Notes under the pieces: model-generated
Databases searched by the model: none
Told to the model about the DNA's origin: nothing
What the model saw: the letters and a program-made list of their open reading frames with translations, nothing else
From: Minisyncoccia bacterium
GTDB lineage: Bacteria > Patescibacteriota > Minisyncoccia > Phycocordibacterales > UBA9973
Assembly (NCBI GenBank): GCA_049287305.1
Contig: JBAQFO010000013.1
Location: 189-64,188, forward strand
Direction: 5' to 3'
Length of the DNA stretch: 64,000 bases
In this document: one piece after another, positions 9,153 to 18,800 of the stretch
How the letters are laid out: every line of letters starts with the position of its first letter
How positions within the stretch are numbered: the first letter of the stretch is position 1
Program-made: the position numbers and the translations under genes

Positions 9153-9722
9153 GTGGCAGAGACTACGGACGCATCCTCAAGTTGCTTCGGTGGCAGACCC
9201 GCGAAGGGACGTCACCAAGGAGGAACGATGAGTAGGAGTCGAGAACCTGATGTATTCCTAAACCACAGTTCCGCAGTACACACCGTGAGATTCAGCGAAA
9301 ACGGACGGCTTGGCGGGCTTGCAATACCCGGCCAGTTCTTCGTGTTTCGCGATCTCGCAGTTCAGTGTGAAGGAGAGCATTCGCCGGAGGTGGCGTGCGG
9401 CAGGTGCCGCGTGACCGGCTCGGTTTCGGCGTTCAAGCTCTTCACGAACATGCTTCTTGCTGCAGGCAAGGTGATTCTGGGAGCCGATGACAATGTGCGG
9501 CTCAATGGAACCACTCGAGAAACGATCCCGATGCATCTCGACAGGCAGACGGACGTAGAACAGATGGCGATCGTCGATGCCCCCTCGGAGAAACGCATGT
9601 GGCTGCTCCTCGAGAGTTGCGTCGCCGAACTTCGTAAGTCGAAAGAGGCAGCAACCTCATGGTCTTATGCCATTCCAAGTTCTCTCACCCAGACCAGGCG
9701 CACGGCATCCGTGTCGCACTAA
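9153..9722 (+). CDS. hypothetical protein in high-GC insert (uncertain gene call)
   Basis: 189-aa ORF in about 60% GC DNA, where long spurious ORFs are common; no motif. Confidence 0.25.
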   Translation: MAETTDASSSCFGGRPAKGRHQGGTMSRSREPDVFLNHSSAVHTVRFSENGRLGGLAIPGQFFVFRDLAVQCEGEHSPEVACGRCRVTGSVSAFKLFTNMLLAAGKVILGADDNVRLNGTTRETIPMHLDRQTDVEQMAIVDAPSEKRMWLLLESCVAELRKSKEAATSWSYAIPSSLTQTRRTASVSH

Positions 9723-9734
9723 AAAGGAACGAAA

Positions 9735-10667
9735 ATGAAAACACTTGTCAGCATCACTCTCTCCATCATCCTGCCTTTCATGGGTCTCACGGCCCAGGCG
9801 GCGGATTCTCCGCAGCCGAAGAGCAAGGCATTCTGCCTCTCCGCCGTCACTAAGGGTCTGGTGACCGCGAACCCGAAGGCGAAGACCTGGTCCACTTCGA
9901 AACCCGAGCAGCAACGCTTCATGTCCACCTATTACGACGGCGCAGTCGCCGATCTGCACAAGGTGGACGATGACAAAGTTCTGCAGGCGATCGCCACAGG
10001 CAGTTCGGCGAAACTCCAGGACTTCTTTGCCAAAGGCGGCTTCGCTAACATGCCGGTCCGAATCCCGGCGGGCGGACACGCGGTCGGAGTGCTGTTCGAT
10101 CTGCTCGTCGACTGGAAAACGGTCGGTGAGCAGAAGGACATCTCCATTCGTCGACCTCAGGGAGGTTACGACGATTACTCCGGCGCTCAGATGCTCGAGT
10201 TCGAGGCCTTCAGTCTCGAGGGTCACAAGTATCCGCTTTTCCGGATCGAGACACGCCAAGGCTGGGACGTCTACCTGGTGGAAGCCGCCGATGGCGAGAA
10301 TCTCCAGGCTTCCGACTTTCCCGCGCGCGCGAAAGCTCTCCTCGGCCTTCCTCGCGAAGAGGCGGACTACGAGAAGCTGAACTTCCCGAGCGTCCTGATG
10401 TCTGCCGATGTGGACATTTCATGGATGGTTGGGATGCGCGTTCCCGGATTCTCGATCGACGAGGCGGTGAAGAAGATCAAGCTTCGTCTCGACGAGAAAG
10501 GTGCACGTGCCCAGTCCGCTGTCGCTTTCACGACTCGTGGCATGGACTCGTCCTACACCATCCAGAGGTCTTTCTACGTGATCTTCACGCGTGAAGGCCT
10601 CAACTTTCCGCCGTTCGTCGCCCTTGCGGCGCCCGATTCCTGGGTGAAGCAGGGCAGCAACGACTAA
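9735..10667 (+). CDS. secreted hypothetical protein (high-GC insert)
   Basis: N-terminal signal peptide MKTLVSITLSIILPFMGLTAQA-AD; plausible SD (aaaaggaacg) upstream; 310 aa; no recognisable domain. Confidence 0.55.
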   Translation: MKTLVSITLSIILPFMGLTAQAADSPQPKSKAFCLSAVTKGLVTANPKAKTWSTSKPEQQRFMSTYYDGAVADLHKVDDDKVLQAIATGSSAKLQDFFAKGGFANMPVRIPAGGHAVGVLFDLLVDWKTVGEQKDISIRRPQGGYDDYSGAQMLEFEAFSLEGHKYPLFRIETRQGWDVYLVEAADGENLQASDFPARAKALLGLPREEADYEKLNFPSVLMSADVDISWMVGMRVPGFSIDEAVKKIKLRLDEKGARAQSAVAFTTRGMDSSYTIQRSFYVIFTREGLNFPPFVALAAPDSWVKQGSND

Positions 10668-10720
10668 CCCTCAACCCGAGGGACGCGCCACAAGCCGCTC
10701 CTCAAAACACCTCTGGAGGT

Positions 10721-11209
10721 ATGACCATGAAGCTTTGGAAAAAGCTCGCAATCGTTCTCGTGTTCATCGCTGCTGCTGTTGAAACCCTCTTCATTGGAGG
10801 TGCCTACGCTGTCGCGGCGAAAGCTCGCTCGGAGGCTGCGGTGGCACAACAGGAAGCAAAGGACATTGAGGTCCGGGCTCGTCGCCGCGTCGAAGCCTGC
10901 GAAGCGGACGCGCGAAAAACAATGGACCGGCTCGCCGCCAAGGACGCGGAGCTCTTCCTCAAAAAGGAGCTCGGCCTCGATGCCGACTATCCCATGAATG
11001 ATCGAGTGAAGGAGGAGACGGAGTTGTACGTATGGTTTCTTGAAGCCGATCTTGAATCGCTCGACAGTTTTATCAAAGGGCGAGAAGATCAGTTCGACTT
11101 CAATCAAACGTACAAACGCCAGCAGAAGATCAATACCTTCTACCTCGAAAAAATCTACGATGCGGCAAGGCGGTGCGGCATTCACATCCGACCGTACCCC
11201 GGTCGCTGA
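10721..11209 (+). CDS. membrane-anchored hypothetical protein (high-GC insert)
   Basis: N-terminal hydrophobic helix KKLAIVLVFIAAAVETLFIGGAYAVAA followed by a charged, helical domain; GGAGG upstream. Confidence 0.5.
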   Translation: MTMKLWKKLAIVLVFIAAAVETLFIGGAYAVAAKARSEAAVAQQEAKDIEVRARRRVEACEADARKTMDRLAAKDAELFLKKELGLDADYPMNDRVKEETELYVWFLEADLESLDSFIKGREDQFDFNQTYKRQQKINTFYLEKIYDAARRCGIHIRPYPGR

Positions 11210-11234
11210 AAGCACTTTAGTTTGTTATCACCCC

Positions 11235-11272
11235 GAGGCCGGCGTTCGAAAGGACGCTGGCCTCATTTTTTT
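11235..11272 (+). terminator. rho-independent terminator closing the high-GC insert
   Basis: GAGGCCGGCG-ttcgaaagga-CGCTGGCCTC stem-loop followed by ATTTTTTT. Confidence 0.6.
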
Positions 11273-11384
11273 AATAAGATTGATAGATTGTTCGGAATCT
11301 CTTATAATATATGGGTCCTCTATAATTTTGAATAGGTACACATTTGCCCTTATTCTCAAAAAGATAGATGGATAAATTAAATTT

Positions 11385-12425
11385 ATGCTTGAATCCCGAA
11401 GAGAATTTTTTAAACATCTAACTTTACCAAAAAACGAAACCCGTTCTATTGGCAACGCGACAGCAGCTAAAAACCCACTTGAAAGAACAGCTTCACGCCG
11501 AGATTTCATTAAAGTTCTAGGCATTGTTGCTACTGCACTTGCAATTCCAGAAGATATTTATGCCAGAAAGAGAGACAAAAGAAACCAAGCGATTGAGAAA
11601 GAGGGTTCATTCATTACCCCCGAACAGCTGCGAAAAATGGTGCTCACAGATAACTCAGAGCGCGTTTTTATCCGTTTTCCGAACTCGCCGCGCCTATACG
11701 AGATAACGGACCGGAGCCAAAACTTGATTGCATTCGCGCGAGGCGCGATGACCCCGGAAACTGAGAAAATGCTAGAGCAGTCAGATGAGTTTACGAAAAT
11801 TCATACGCATCCCTTAGGAATTTACGGCATAGCTGGATATACTCCCGATGAAATTGACGCGGCGCGGGAAGGCCTGATGCCAGTTCCTCTCTCCATGCCG
11901 CCAAGCATCCCGGATCTTCTGAGCGCAAAGATAATTAGCCAAATTGAAGGTATGGGAGAGCCGATCCGAGTGAATCAAGAAATCTATGGCACAGATGGCA
12001 TTTGGCGTTTTAAAGGCGGAGCAGACAGCGTTTTGCTTACGGAAATCGAGCAAGTAAACCAAGAACTTGTAAATATCTTCTCGGATTTCCGAAAAACTCT
12101 TCCTGCCAATCTTCAAGGACCCTACGACAAAATCATCCACCTTGCTGAAAATGAGGGCGATGCCCGCCAAGGATTTGTCTGCCGGAATATAAACGAGCTT
12201 ACGAAAAATCCAACATTTGCTCCTTACCTTCCCCTTTTGGAAGAAAAACTTGCAAAATTATCTTTGGAGTACAAAGAAACTTTCGCTCTTATGGAAGAGA
12301 TGACCGCGCTGAGCATTGCCATGACACACCCGGAACAACGTGATGCGGCACTACAGAGATATTTGGCAATTGTAGAAAAAGAAGGTTTTGAAATTAAATT
12401 TGAGCCATATAAAATCCATGTTTGA
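11385..12425 (+). CDS. hypothetical protein with a Tat-type signal (true start may be internal)
   Basis: SRRDFIKVLGIVATALAIP twin-arginine motif about 35 aa into the ORF; no catalytic motif. Confidence 0.5.
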   Translation: MLESRREFFKHLTLPKNETRSIGNATAAKNPLERTASRRDFIKVLGIVATALAIPEDIYARKRDKRNQAIEKEGSFITPEQLRKMVLTDNSERVFIRFPNSPRLYEITDRSQNLIAFARGAMTPETEKMLEQSDEFTKIHTHPLGIYGIAGYTPDEIDAAREGLMPVPLSMPPSIPDLLSAKIISQIEGMGEPIRVNQEIYGTDGIWRFKGGADSVLLTEIEQVNQELVNIFSDFRKTLPANLQGPYDKIIHLAENEGDARQGFVCRNINELTKNPTFAPYLPLLEEKLAKLSLEYKETFALMEEMTALSIAMTHPEQRDAALQRYLAIVEKEGFEIKFEPYKIHV

Positions 12426-12993
12426 AAGACTTTGGAAAAATAAAGAAGCAAGGGCGGTTGACGAAGCTCTTGTAAAAAAGAAAGTATTCCATGGTAATGT
12501 TGCCGTGCCCTCAATACCTGGTGATTCACTAGAAAATTTTAGTCCGGATTTGGAACGCAGTATAGAGCATAATATTGAAATGTTTTTAGGTCCCTTGGTT
12601 TCAGGAAAAGGAGAAGAAATACCTGTTCTTACCAGAAGAGCCGACGATGGGAAAATTAGTCAAGAAATGGTTGCTCATGCGGAAGTAGATTTTGAAAGCG
12701 GCGAGATTATTAAGTTTACTGGGAAAGGTCTAGATAATCCAAAACGCGAGACAAAAGTAACTTTTTTTCTAGCTCTCGGACCTTATGATACAGCGGAGAT
12801 AGCTTATAGAGAACAGTTCAACAGGAAAGGAAAAGGATATATGAGTTTCTCTATTTCTTCCCTTGAATGGGAGTTCCAGCGTAATTGGCCGCAATTATCT
12901 GAAAAAGCAAAACGGGTACTTGAAGCTTCGGTTCAAAGATATAATTCAAAGAGCGGAGCACAACCGCCTGACCCGAAGTACTTTAAGAATTAA
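12388..12993 (+). CDS. hypothetical protein
   Basis: ORF overlaps the previous gene by 38 nt in another frame. Confidence 0.45.
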   Translation: MKLNLSHIKSMFERLWKNKEARAVDEALVKKKVFHGNVAVPSIPGDSLENFSPDLERSIEHNIEMFLGPLVSGKGEEIPVLTRRADDGKISQEMVAHAEVDFESGEIIKFTGKGLDNPKRETKVTFFLALGPYDTAEIAYREQFNRKGKGYMSFSISSLEWEFQRNWPQLSEKAKRVLEASVQRYNSKSGAQPPDPKYFKN

Positions 12994-13068
12994 TGGCTTA
13001 CTATTGCTTTTTTACTCAACTATGTTATAATATACAAATAAGGATTGCTAAATACATGAATTAAAAAT

Positions 13069-13959
13069 ATGGGAATGGAAGGACCAAACAGAACACAAGC
13101 CACAGAGGCAAAACAGCCGCCTAAGTTTAACCCCGAACCCGGTCGGCTGGATCGAAGGTTTTTAAGACAAGGAGACACCTTTTCTATTAGAGACTCTGCA
13201 GGAAATTTTTATGATTTTGCTCTAGAACCGGAACGCGTTCCTGGTGTTGTGCGGGCTAAATGCGTAAGAACTAACAACAAGCATTTTATGGGAGCGACAG
13301 GCAATCTTGCCGACATGAAAGAGGGGCAGCCATTCCGGATGTTCAGCGAGACTGCCCGCTGGGAAACAAATCCTGTTGATCAAGTGAAAGTTTCTAAGCG
13401 AGAGCTTAACGTGCTTTCCGCTATTCCAGGAAGTTGCGTGACTGTACAGGGCGAGGATGGTCGCTGGTATTCCTTTGAAATTCTTACCCGGGATATCCCC
13501 GGTCAGAAAATTGAATGGAAATGCGTGGCAGCTTCACCCGGAGAAGAGATGTTTGTGGGAACGTATGAAAATATTCCACCTCCAACCATTAAAGCGGGCG
13601 AAGAATTTTCCTTTGGGGGTAATCCGGCAAACAAGATCCGGGTTAAGGATGTAGAGTTTGAACTTAGTGTTCGCCCGGAAAGAGTTTTGGGGCTAAAGTT
13701 TAAAGAATTAATTGAAATGAGCATAGATTCTTCCCAGGATTCGGATCGGTTCGCGGAAGAACTTCGGGCATTACCAGATAAAATAATCGAGAGACTAAAA
13801 ACAATAGTGCAAGGTAAAATCTTGCCATTAAGCAGCGATCCGACAGCTCTGAAAAAAGATACTGCAAAAAGAAATGAATTGAGAATGTATACAGTCAAAG
13901 CATCGGCCATACAAAATGAAAGCGACGAAAGGGCTAAAAGATCCCGCAAGCAATCTTAA
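13069..13959 (+). CDS. hypothetical protein, starts MGMEGP
   Basis: ORF; its 5' end shares a 25-bp identical sequence with the next gene. Confidence 0.5.
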   Translation: MGMEGPNRTQATEAKQPPKFNPEPGRLDRRFLRQGDTFSIRDSAGNFYDFALEPERVPGVVRAKCVRTNNKHFMGATGNLADMKEGQPFRMFSETARWETNPVDQVKVSKRELNVLSAIPGSCVTVQGEDGRWYSFEILTRDIPGQKIEWKCVAASPGEEMFVGTYENIPPPTIKAGEEFSFGGNPANKIRVKDVEFELSVRPERVLGLKFKELIEMSIDSSQDSDRFAEELRALPDKIIERLKTIVQGKILPLSSDPTALKKDTAKRNELRMYTVKASAIQNESDERAKRSRKQS

Positions 13960-14016
13960 ATTCTGTGTTATGATATAAAGGTCGAGATTATTAAACTAAA
14001 AATATGAATTAAAAAT

Positions 14017-14406
14017 ATGGGAATGGAAACACGGAAAACCGAAAAAGAGCAGTGGCAGGAAAAAACCGCTCTAGCTAAAAATTTTCAGCTAACTCCTGAT
14101 ATGAGCGGAGATTTCACGCGACTTCGTTCAACGCTTGGACTACATCACCATTTTACAGGTCCGGCTACTCCCCAACGAATTGAGGAGTTTGTTGTGGGAA
14201 AAATTGAAGAAGAACGCGGTATGCAGCAGAGCCGTGAGGCAAGCCCCGCAGAGACTTCTGGGAAGGGATATGGAGCAGAAGAAGCTCAAAGTAAGGCAGA
14301 ATATTTTACTGAAAGCCTAAGATTGCTGGAAAGATTCCTTGCAAGACACGGCGGAGACAATGCTCGTGCAAGATTAGGCATTGAAAAAGACGAAGCTTTA
14401 GGTTAG
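14017..14406 (+). CDS. hypothetical protein, starts MGMETR
   Basis: ORF; 5' end atgaattaaaaatatgggaatggaa identical to the 5' end of 13069. Confidence 0.45.
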   Translation: MGMETRKTEKEQWQEKTALAKNFQLTPDMSGDFTRLRSTLGLHHHFTGPATPQRIEEFVVGKIEEERGMQQSREASPAETSGKGYGAEEAQSKAEYFTESLRLLERFLARHGGDNARARLGIEKDEALG

Positions 14407-14436
14407 AAAAGTTAACAGAGAGCCGGAAGTTTTCCA

Positions 14437-14468
14437 CAAAACCGCTTAAAGCGGTTTTGTTTTTTATA
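14437..14468 (+). terminator. rho-independent terminator
   Basis: AAAACCGCTT-aa-AGCGGTTTT hairpin followed by a T-run (GTTTTTTAT). Confidence 0.6.
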
Positions 14469-14556
14469 CATCTTAACCGTTTGTTTTCCTTTTTAGATTA
14501 CGCAGGAAAAGTTATCAACTTATGCCTCCTAGACTCCCCGCAGGGGTTCTGTCATC

Positions 14557-14579
14557 AATGTATGTATGGAACATACATT
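14557..14579. promoter_or_regulatory. perfect 9-bp inverted repeat AATGTATGT-atgga-ACATACATT overlapping the recombinase start; candidate recombinase binding/att core or operator
   Basis: read directly from sequence; the annotated ATG (14566) lies in the 5-nt spacer. Confidence 0.35.
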
Positions 14580-15885
14580 AACAAGGCCGATGGGGATGGA
14601 GACCAAAATATCAATCCCCGTAAGCATTAAATATTGCCTATACGCCAGAAAGAGCACCGAGCAAGAGGACAAGCAGGTTCTCTCCATTGACTCCCAGATC
14701 AAGGAAATGGAGAAAATGGCAGTAGCTGAGAATTTGGAGATCGTGGTCAGAAAACAGGAATCTCACTCAGCTAAGGAAGCGGGCCAGCGACCCATCTTCA
14801 ACGAAATCGTCGAAGAATTAAAGGCCGGAAAATACAGTGGCATCTTAACCTGGGCACCGGATCGAATCGCTCGAAATGCGGGCGATCTCGGCAGGATCGT
14901 GGACTTAATGGACCAAAAGAAGCTCATTGAAATCCGCACCTACGGACAGAAATTCATGAACACGCCGAACGACAAGTTCATGTTGATGATTTTGGGTTCA
15001 CAGGCGAAACTGGAGAACGACAACAAGGTTATAAATGTAAAGCGAGGGCTGAGAGCGAGAGTATCGATGGGACTAAGGCCGTCACTTGCTCCGACTGGAT
15101 ACTTAAACAGCAAGAACAAGGATGAGAAGTGCCAGGTATTCGTTGACCCGAAACGTGCCCCGATTATCAAGCAAATGTTTGAGAAAGTAGCCAATGAAAA
15201 TTACTCCGGCAGAAAAATATGCCAGTGGCTTAAGGAAATTAAATTCAAGACGAGGACCAACAAAGAGCTTACGCTAGGCAATGTGTACCGCCTTCTTAGA
15301 ATGACTTTCTATTATGGAGTGTTTGAATATCCTGCCGGTAGTGGAGAATGGTACACCGGCAAGCATACGCCCATAATTACTCAGTCGTTATTTGAAGCGG
15401 TGCAGGAAAAGATAAAAGTAGAAAAGAAAAAGGCCTACGGCCGAGAGTTCGCTTTTACTCGAATGCTCCATTGTGGATACTGCGAGAGCGGCATAACGGC
15501 CGAGGAGAAAATAAAGGAACTGAAAGATGGTGGATCAAACTCGCATATATACTATAGATGCACTAAAATAAAAAATCGCGACTGCCCAAACGAGTCGGTG
15601 AAAGAATCCATTCTCATAGACGAGATGCTGCCTATTATCGATACCATGAGTTTGGACAAGAGCGAGCTGAAGCAAAAGCTTGAAAAGGAAGTAGCTAGAT
15701 ATGCGCTCTTCCAAACCGGTGTGCTTAAGCAAGATTTGCCGCATTCGAAAAAAGACAGAAATATCAGTATTAAAACATTCGCCAAATATATGCTCCAGCA
15801 CGGCACGCTTTTGGAGAAGCGAGAGGTAATGTCGTGCATAAAGAGCAAAATATTTCTGAAAGACAAGAAATTGGCGGTGGAATAA
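14566..15885 (+). CDS. large serine recombinase (resolvase/invertase-type catalytic domain plus recombinase and zinc-ribbon domains)
   Basis: YARKST...S(I)DSQ catalytic serine region at the N-terminus; conserved ...RIARN... resolvase motif; C-terminal CGYC...YYRC zinc ribbon. An alternative start at 14590 (MGMETK) is possible. Confidence 0.85.
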   Translation: MEHTLTRPMGMETKISIPVSIKYCLYARKSTEQEDKQVLSIDSQIKEMEKMAVAENLEIVVRKQESHSAKEAGQRPIFNEIVEELKAGKYSGILTWAPDRIARNAGDLGRIVDLMDQKKLIEIRTYGQKFMNTPNDKFMLMILGSQAKLENDNKVINVKRGLRARVSMGLRPSLAPTGYLNSKNKDEKCQVFVDPKRAPIIKQMFEKVANENYSGRKICQWLKEIKFKTRTNKELTLGNVYRLLRMTFYYGVFEYPAGSGEWYTGKHTPIITQSLFEAVQEKIKVEKKKAYGREFAFTRMLHCGYCESGITAEEKIKELKDGGSNSHIYYRCTKIKNRDCPNESVKESILIDEMLPIIDTMSLDKSELKQKLEKEVARYALFQTGVLKQDLPHSKKDRNISIKTFAKYMLQHGTLLEKREVMSCIKSKIFLKDKKLAVE

Positions 15886-15893
15886 AAACAGAA

Positions 15894-18800
15894 TTATTCT
15901 AATTTCTCTAGAAACAATTTGCCTAACTTGTGTTCACGACTGTCCTCTGGTTGTTGTTCAAGCTCGGTACCATATCCCTTTAATTCCTTAAGGAAGGTGG
16001 TTTTTCTGCTGTATAAGGATTTAATTGCCGCCAAAGTATTCAGCATCGTTTCTTTTTCATCTAAACCAACGCTCCTTGCAGTATCAAAAAGTTTTCTTGG
16101 AAACCCATCCTTACGAGAACTTGGAAAGTCGTTGAGAACATGAGGGTCTTGAATAAAGCCGCATATCTCATTTTTCCTTGCAAGCGGTTCCCCGGTTTTT
16201 TCTAAGATGGTAGACCAAATATCAATGACTTTTTCTTTGTTTTCATTTGTAAGCAATTTGAACGAAGGAACAAGAAAGCGATAGGGTGTATTGTGTCGCG
16301 GATGATCGGCACCCAGCGATTCACCCCATTCAAGTAACTTGGGAGCTATTTCATTCACATCCTTATCTATGAGAGAAGGCCGACTTCCTTCTAATTTAGA
16401 GAGCACATGATTAGTGATCTCAAAATCTTTTGCCTCCAATACTGCATCTTTAAGAGAAGATATGTATAACTGACCCCCCTGAAGCGCCCCAAACATTTTG
16501 AGTATATCGATAATTTGGTCACGCTCTCCGGCATCGATAGTTGCAATTAACCGAGTCACTAAAGGAGTGATTAATTTTTCTCGGATGCTAATCTTCTGTT
16601 CCTCAACGCCCTTAAATAAAGTTGTAAGACGAGGAATATCAAGTCCAATGGCATGAGTTTTAAATATTTCGATAAAGTGTTGCTTCGCTTCTGGAGAATC
16701 CGTAATCAGCTTTTTAATTGCGGGAAGAAAATTGACATAATATGTAGTTGCGATATTTGGACTATTTATATAATCACTATACTGCTTTGCTACTTCAAAA
16801 ATAAGTTTCTCGGGAACCTTATCCTCAAGTACTAACTCATTCACAAATACAGCAAGTTCTTCTGGACCCTGACCCCAACTTTTTTTGTGCAAAACTTCAT
16901 GAATGTAGACAAATAATTTTTGTATCTGTGCTTCTTTAAGAAACGGAAATAGGGATTTTATGACCTCGAGATTTTGCTTTTGATTTTTATTCAGTGCTGT
17001 TGGTTCAATTTGCTGGACAGCATTCAAAAGTAAATCAGTTAAGGTCGTGTTTGCATATACGCCCAGCGCTCCTTCGTATTTACCAATCTCTTGCAAACTA
17101 GCAAGGACGTCTGGTACGTAAGAAACGCCTTGGTCATCAACATATTGGTAAGCTTTTTGTAAAGATTCTGCGACTTTCTTTTGTGCAGCAACAGGAACAA
17201 TTTTGTAGTTTTCTCCGTAGGCTTCGCTGTATTCCATAAACAGCTCATTCTCGGTCTCAAGTGGTTTTACATGTTCGTTAATGATGATGTTCCGGTCAGT
17301 AGGGCCGGATGCGTGAGTAAGAACCGACAACAACCCCTTTGCCGAAAATTCTTTGATATTTGCCAATTGACTTGTATGTGCTAAATGAGATGAAAATACA
17401 TCTGCAATCTTGGTTTTCTTCACCTCAGGGATTTCAGGAAATACTTCTTCAATGACTGACAAAATATTGAATACGATAGCAGCTTTACCTTGGTTTTTCT
17501 TTTCAACAACCTTATCTTCAAGTAGCTTCACTATCGATTTTTTTACTGCATCGTCCGCCCCTTTGAGTAATTCTTTAATGGAGTCAGATTTCCCGGTAAA
17601 GAGTGCAATCGCTAACTCAGAATCTTCACTTTCATAGCCCCCATATCCTTCGCGTTTTAAATTAATAAACTGCTCAGGGTTTCTAGAGGTAAAAGGTCGC
17701 GAAGCTTGAAGGAAATCTCCAAGTTCAGGATTTTGCTTTAATTCTGCTTGTATATTTTGTTCATGCGGCGAATCAAGTTTACGACCTCTAAGGGAACCCT
17801 CGGTCATTGAAAGAACATCAGGGTCCTTCTTTATGATGCCGAAAAACTTTGGCCATTCCTCTTGTAGGATAATTAGCTTAGCCAGAAAGGAGAGGTTGCC
17901 AGTTATAAATCCTTTATCAAGATTTTCCTGTTCCTCTTGTGCCAGTGCTAGTAAATAACTAGCACTTAAGTTGTTGTAGAATTGCTTAATTTTCCTCGGG
18001 GTATGTGAGTAGGCAGTCAATACTAAACTGGCCACATTTTCTTTTTCCGTATCATCTTTATAAGGTATGACCACATTGCTAGCAATCTTATCAATATATT
18101 TTTCTAGATCACCTCTTATAAATGGCGACAACCGAACGGTTGCTTGAAAAAACTTCTTTAAAAACTCACGGCTCTGTTTGTCCTTCTCTGGTATCGTAAG
18201 CTCGTCATTTAAGAGGCCCTCTTTGAGATGATTAATAAGAGCTTCTTCATCAACTGGCACTAAATATACACAACCCTCCACATTCAGGAATGTTTTTATT
18301 GTCCCCAGTAACTCAATTGCTGTTTCATTTGTACAACGATCAAGGTTGTCGATGGTAACTACGATGCGTTTTTTACCAATTTCGGATGCTTTTTTTACAT
18401 ATTGTCTAAAGACATCTTCGAATTGCTCGTTTGAAAATAGAGGCTTATCTTCCTCGTCAAATTTTTTAATTTGGATTAACTTAGTCGCCCTGTGTGCCAA
18501 ACCAAGGATGAGTGCGGGAATCAAGGGAGCCAAAAAAGTAATTAGGGAGCGGGGTGTCCATTGAAATTGGACAGCAAATATATACCATCCGATGTACCAT
18601 GCAATAAGCTCAAAGATGAGATTTTTTATCTCCTCTACATTCCACTCTAAATCTCCAGATTGTCGCGTTCTTTTGATTGTTTTATAGAGTCGAACCGGAA
18701 GCGTATCGTCATTAATTGAAAGGTCTTCTTTCATCTGCTTCAGAAATTGTCTGTAGAAAGCGTCTTTTTGATATTTCCAAGCGTCAAAATATACAAATCC

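Noticed and set aside
9657-10259. 200-aa minus-strand ORF (and other 60-140-aa ORFs on both strands, 9258-10422) in the high-GC insert
   Set aside because: High-GC DNA generates long stop-free frames. These are antisense to, or overlapping, the signal-peptide-bearing 9735-10667 gene and have Arg/Ala/Ser-rich low-complexity translations.
9125-11275. Treating the high-GC segment simply as contamination and ignoring it
   Set aside because: It cannot be dismissed from sequence alone. Both junctions look continuous, with host-like AT-rich DNA and a terminator abutting it, and it lies within a mobile island. It is kept as a finding with an explicit read-level check.
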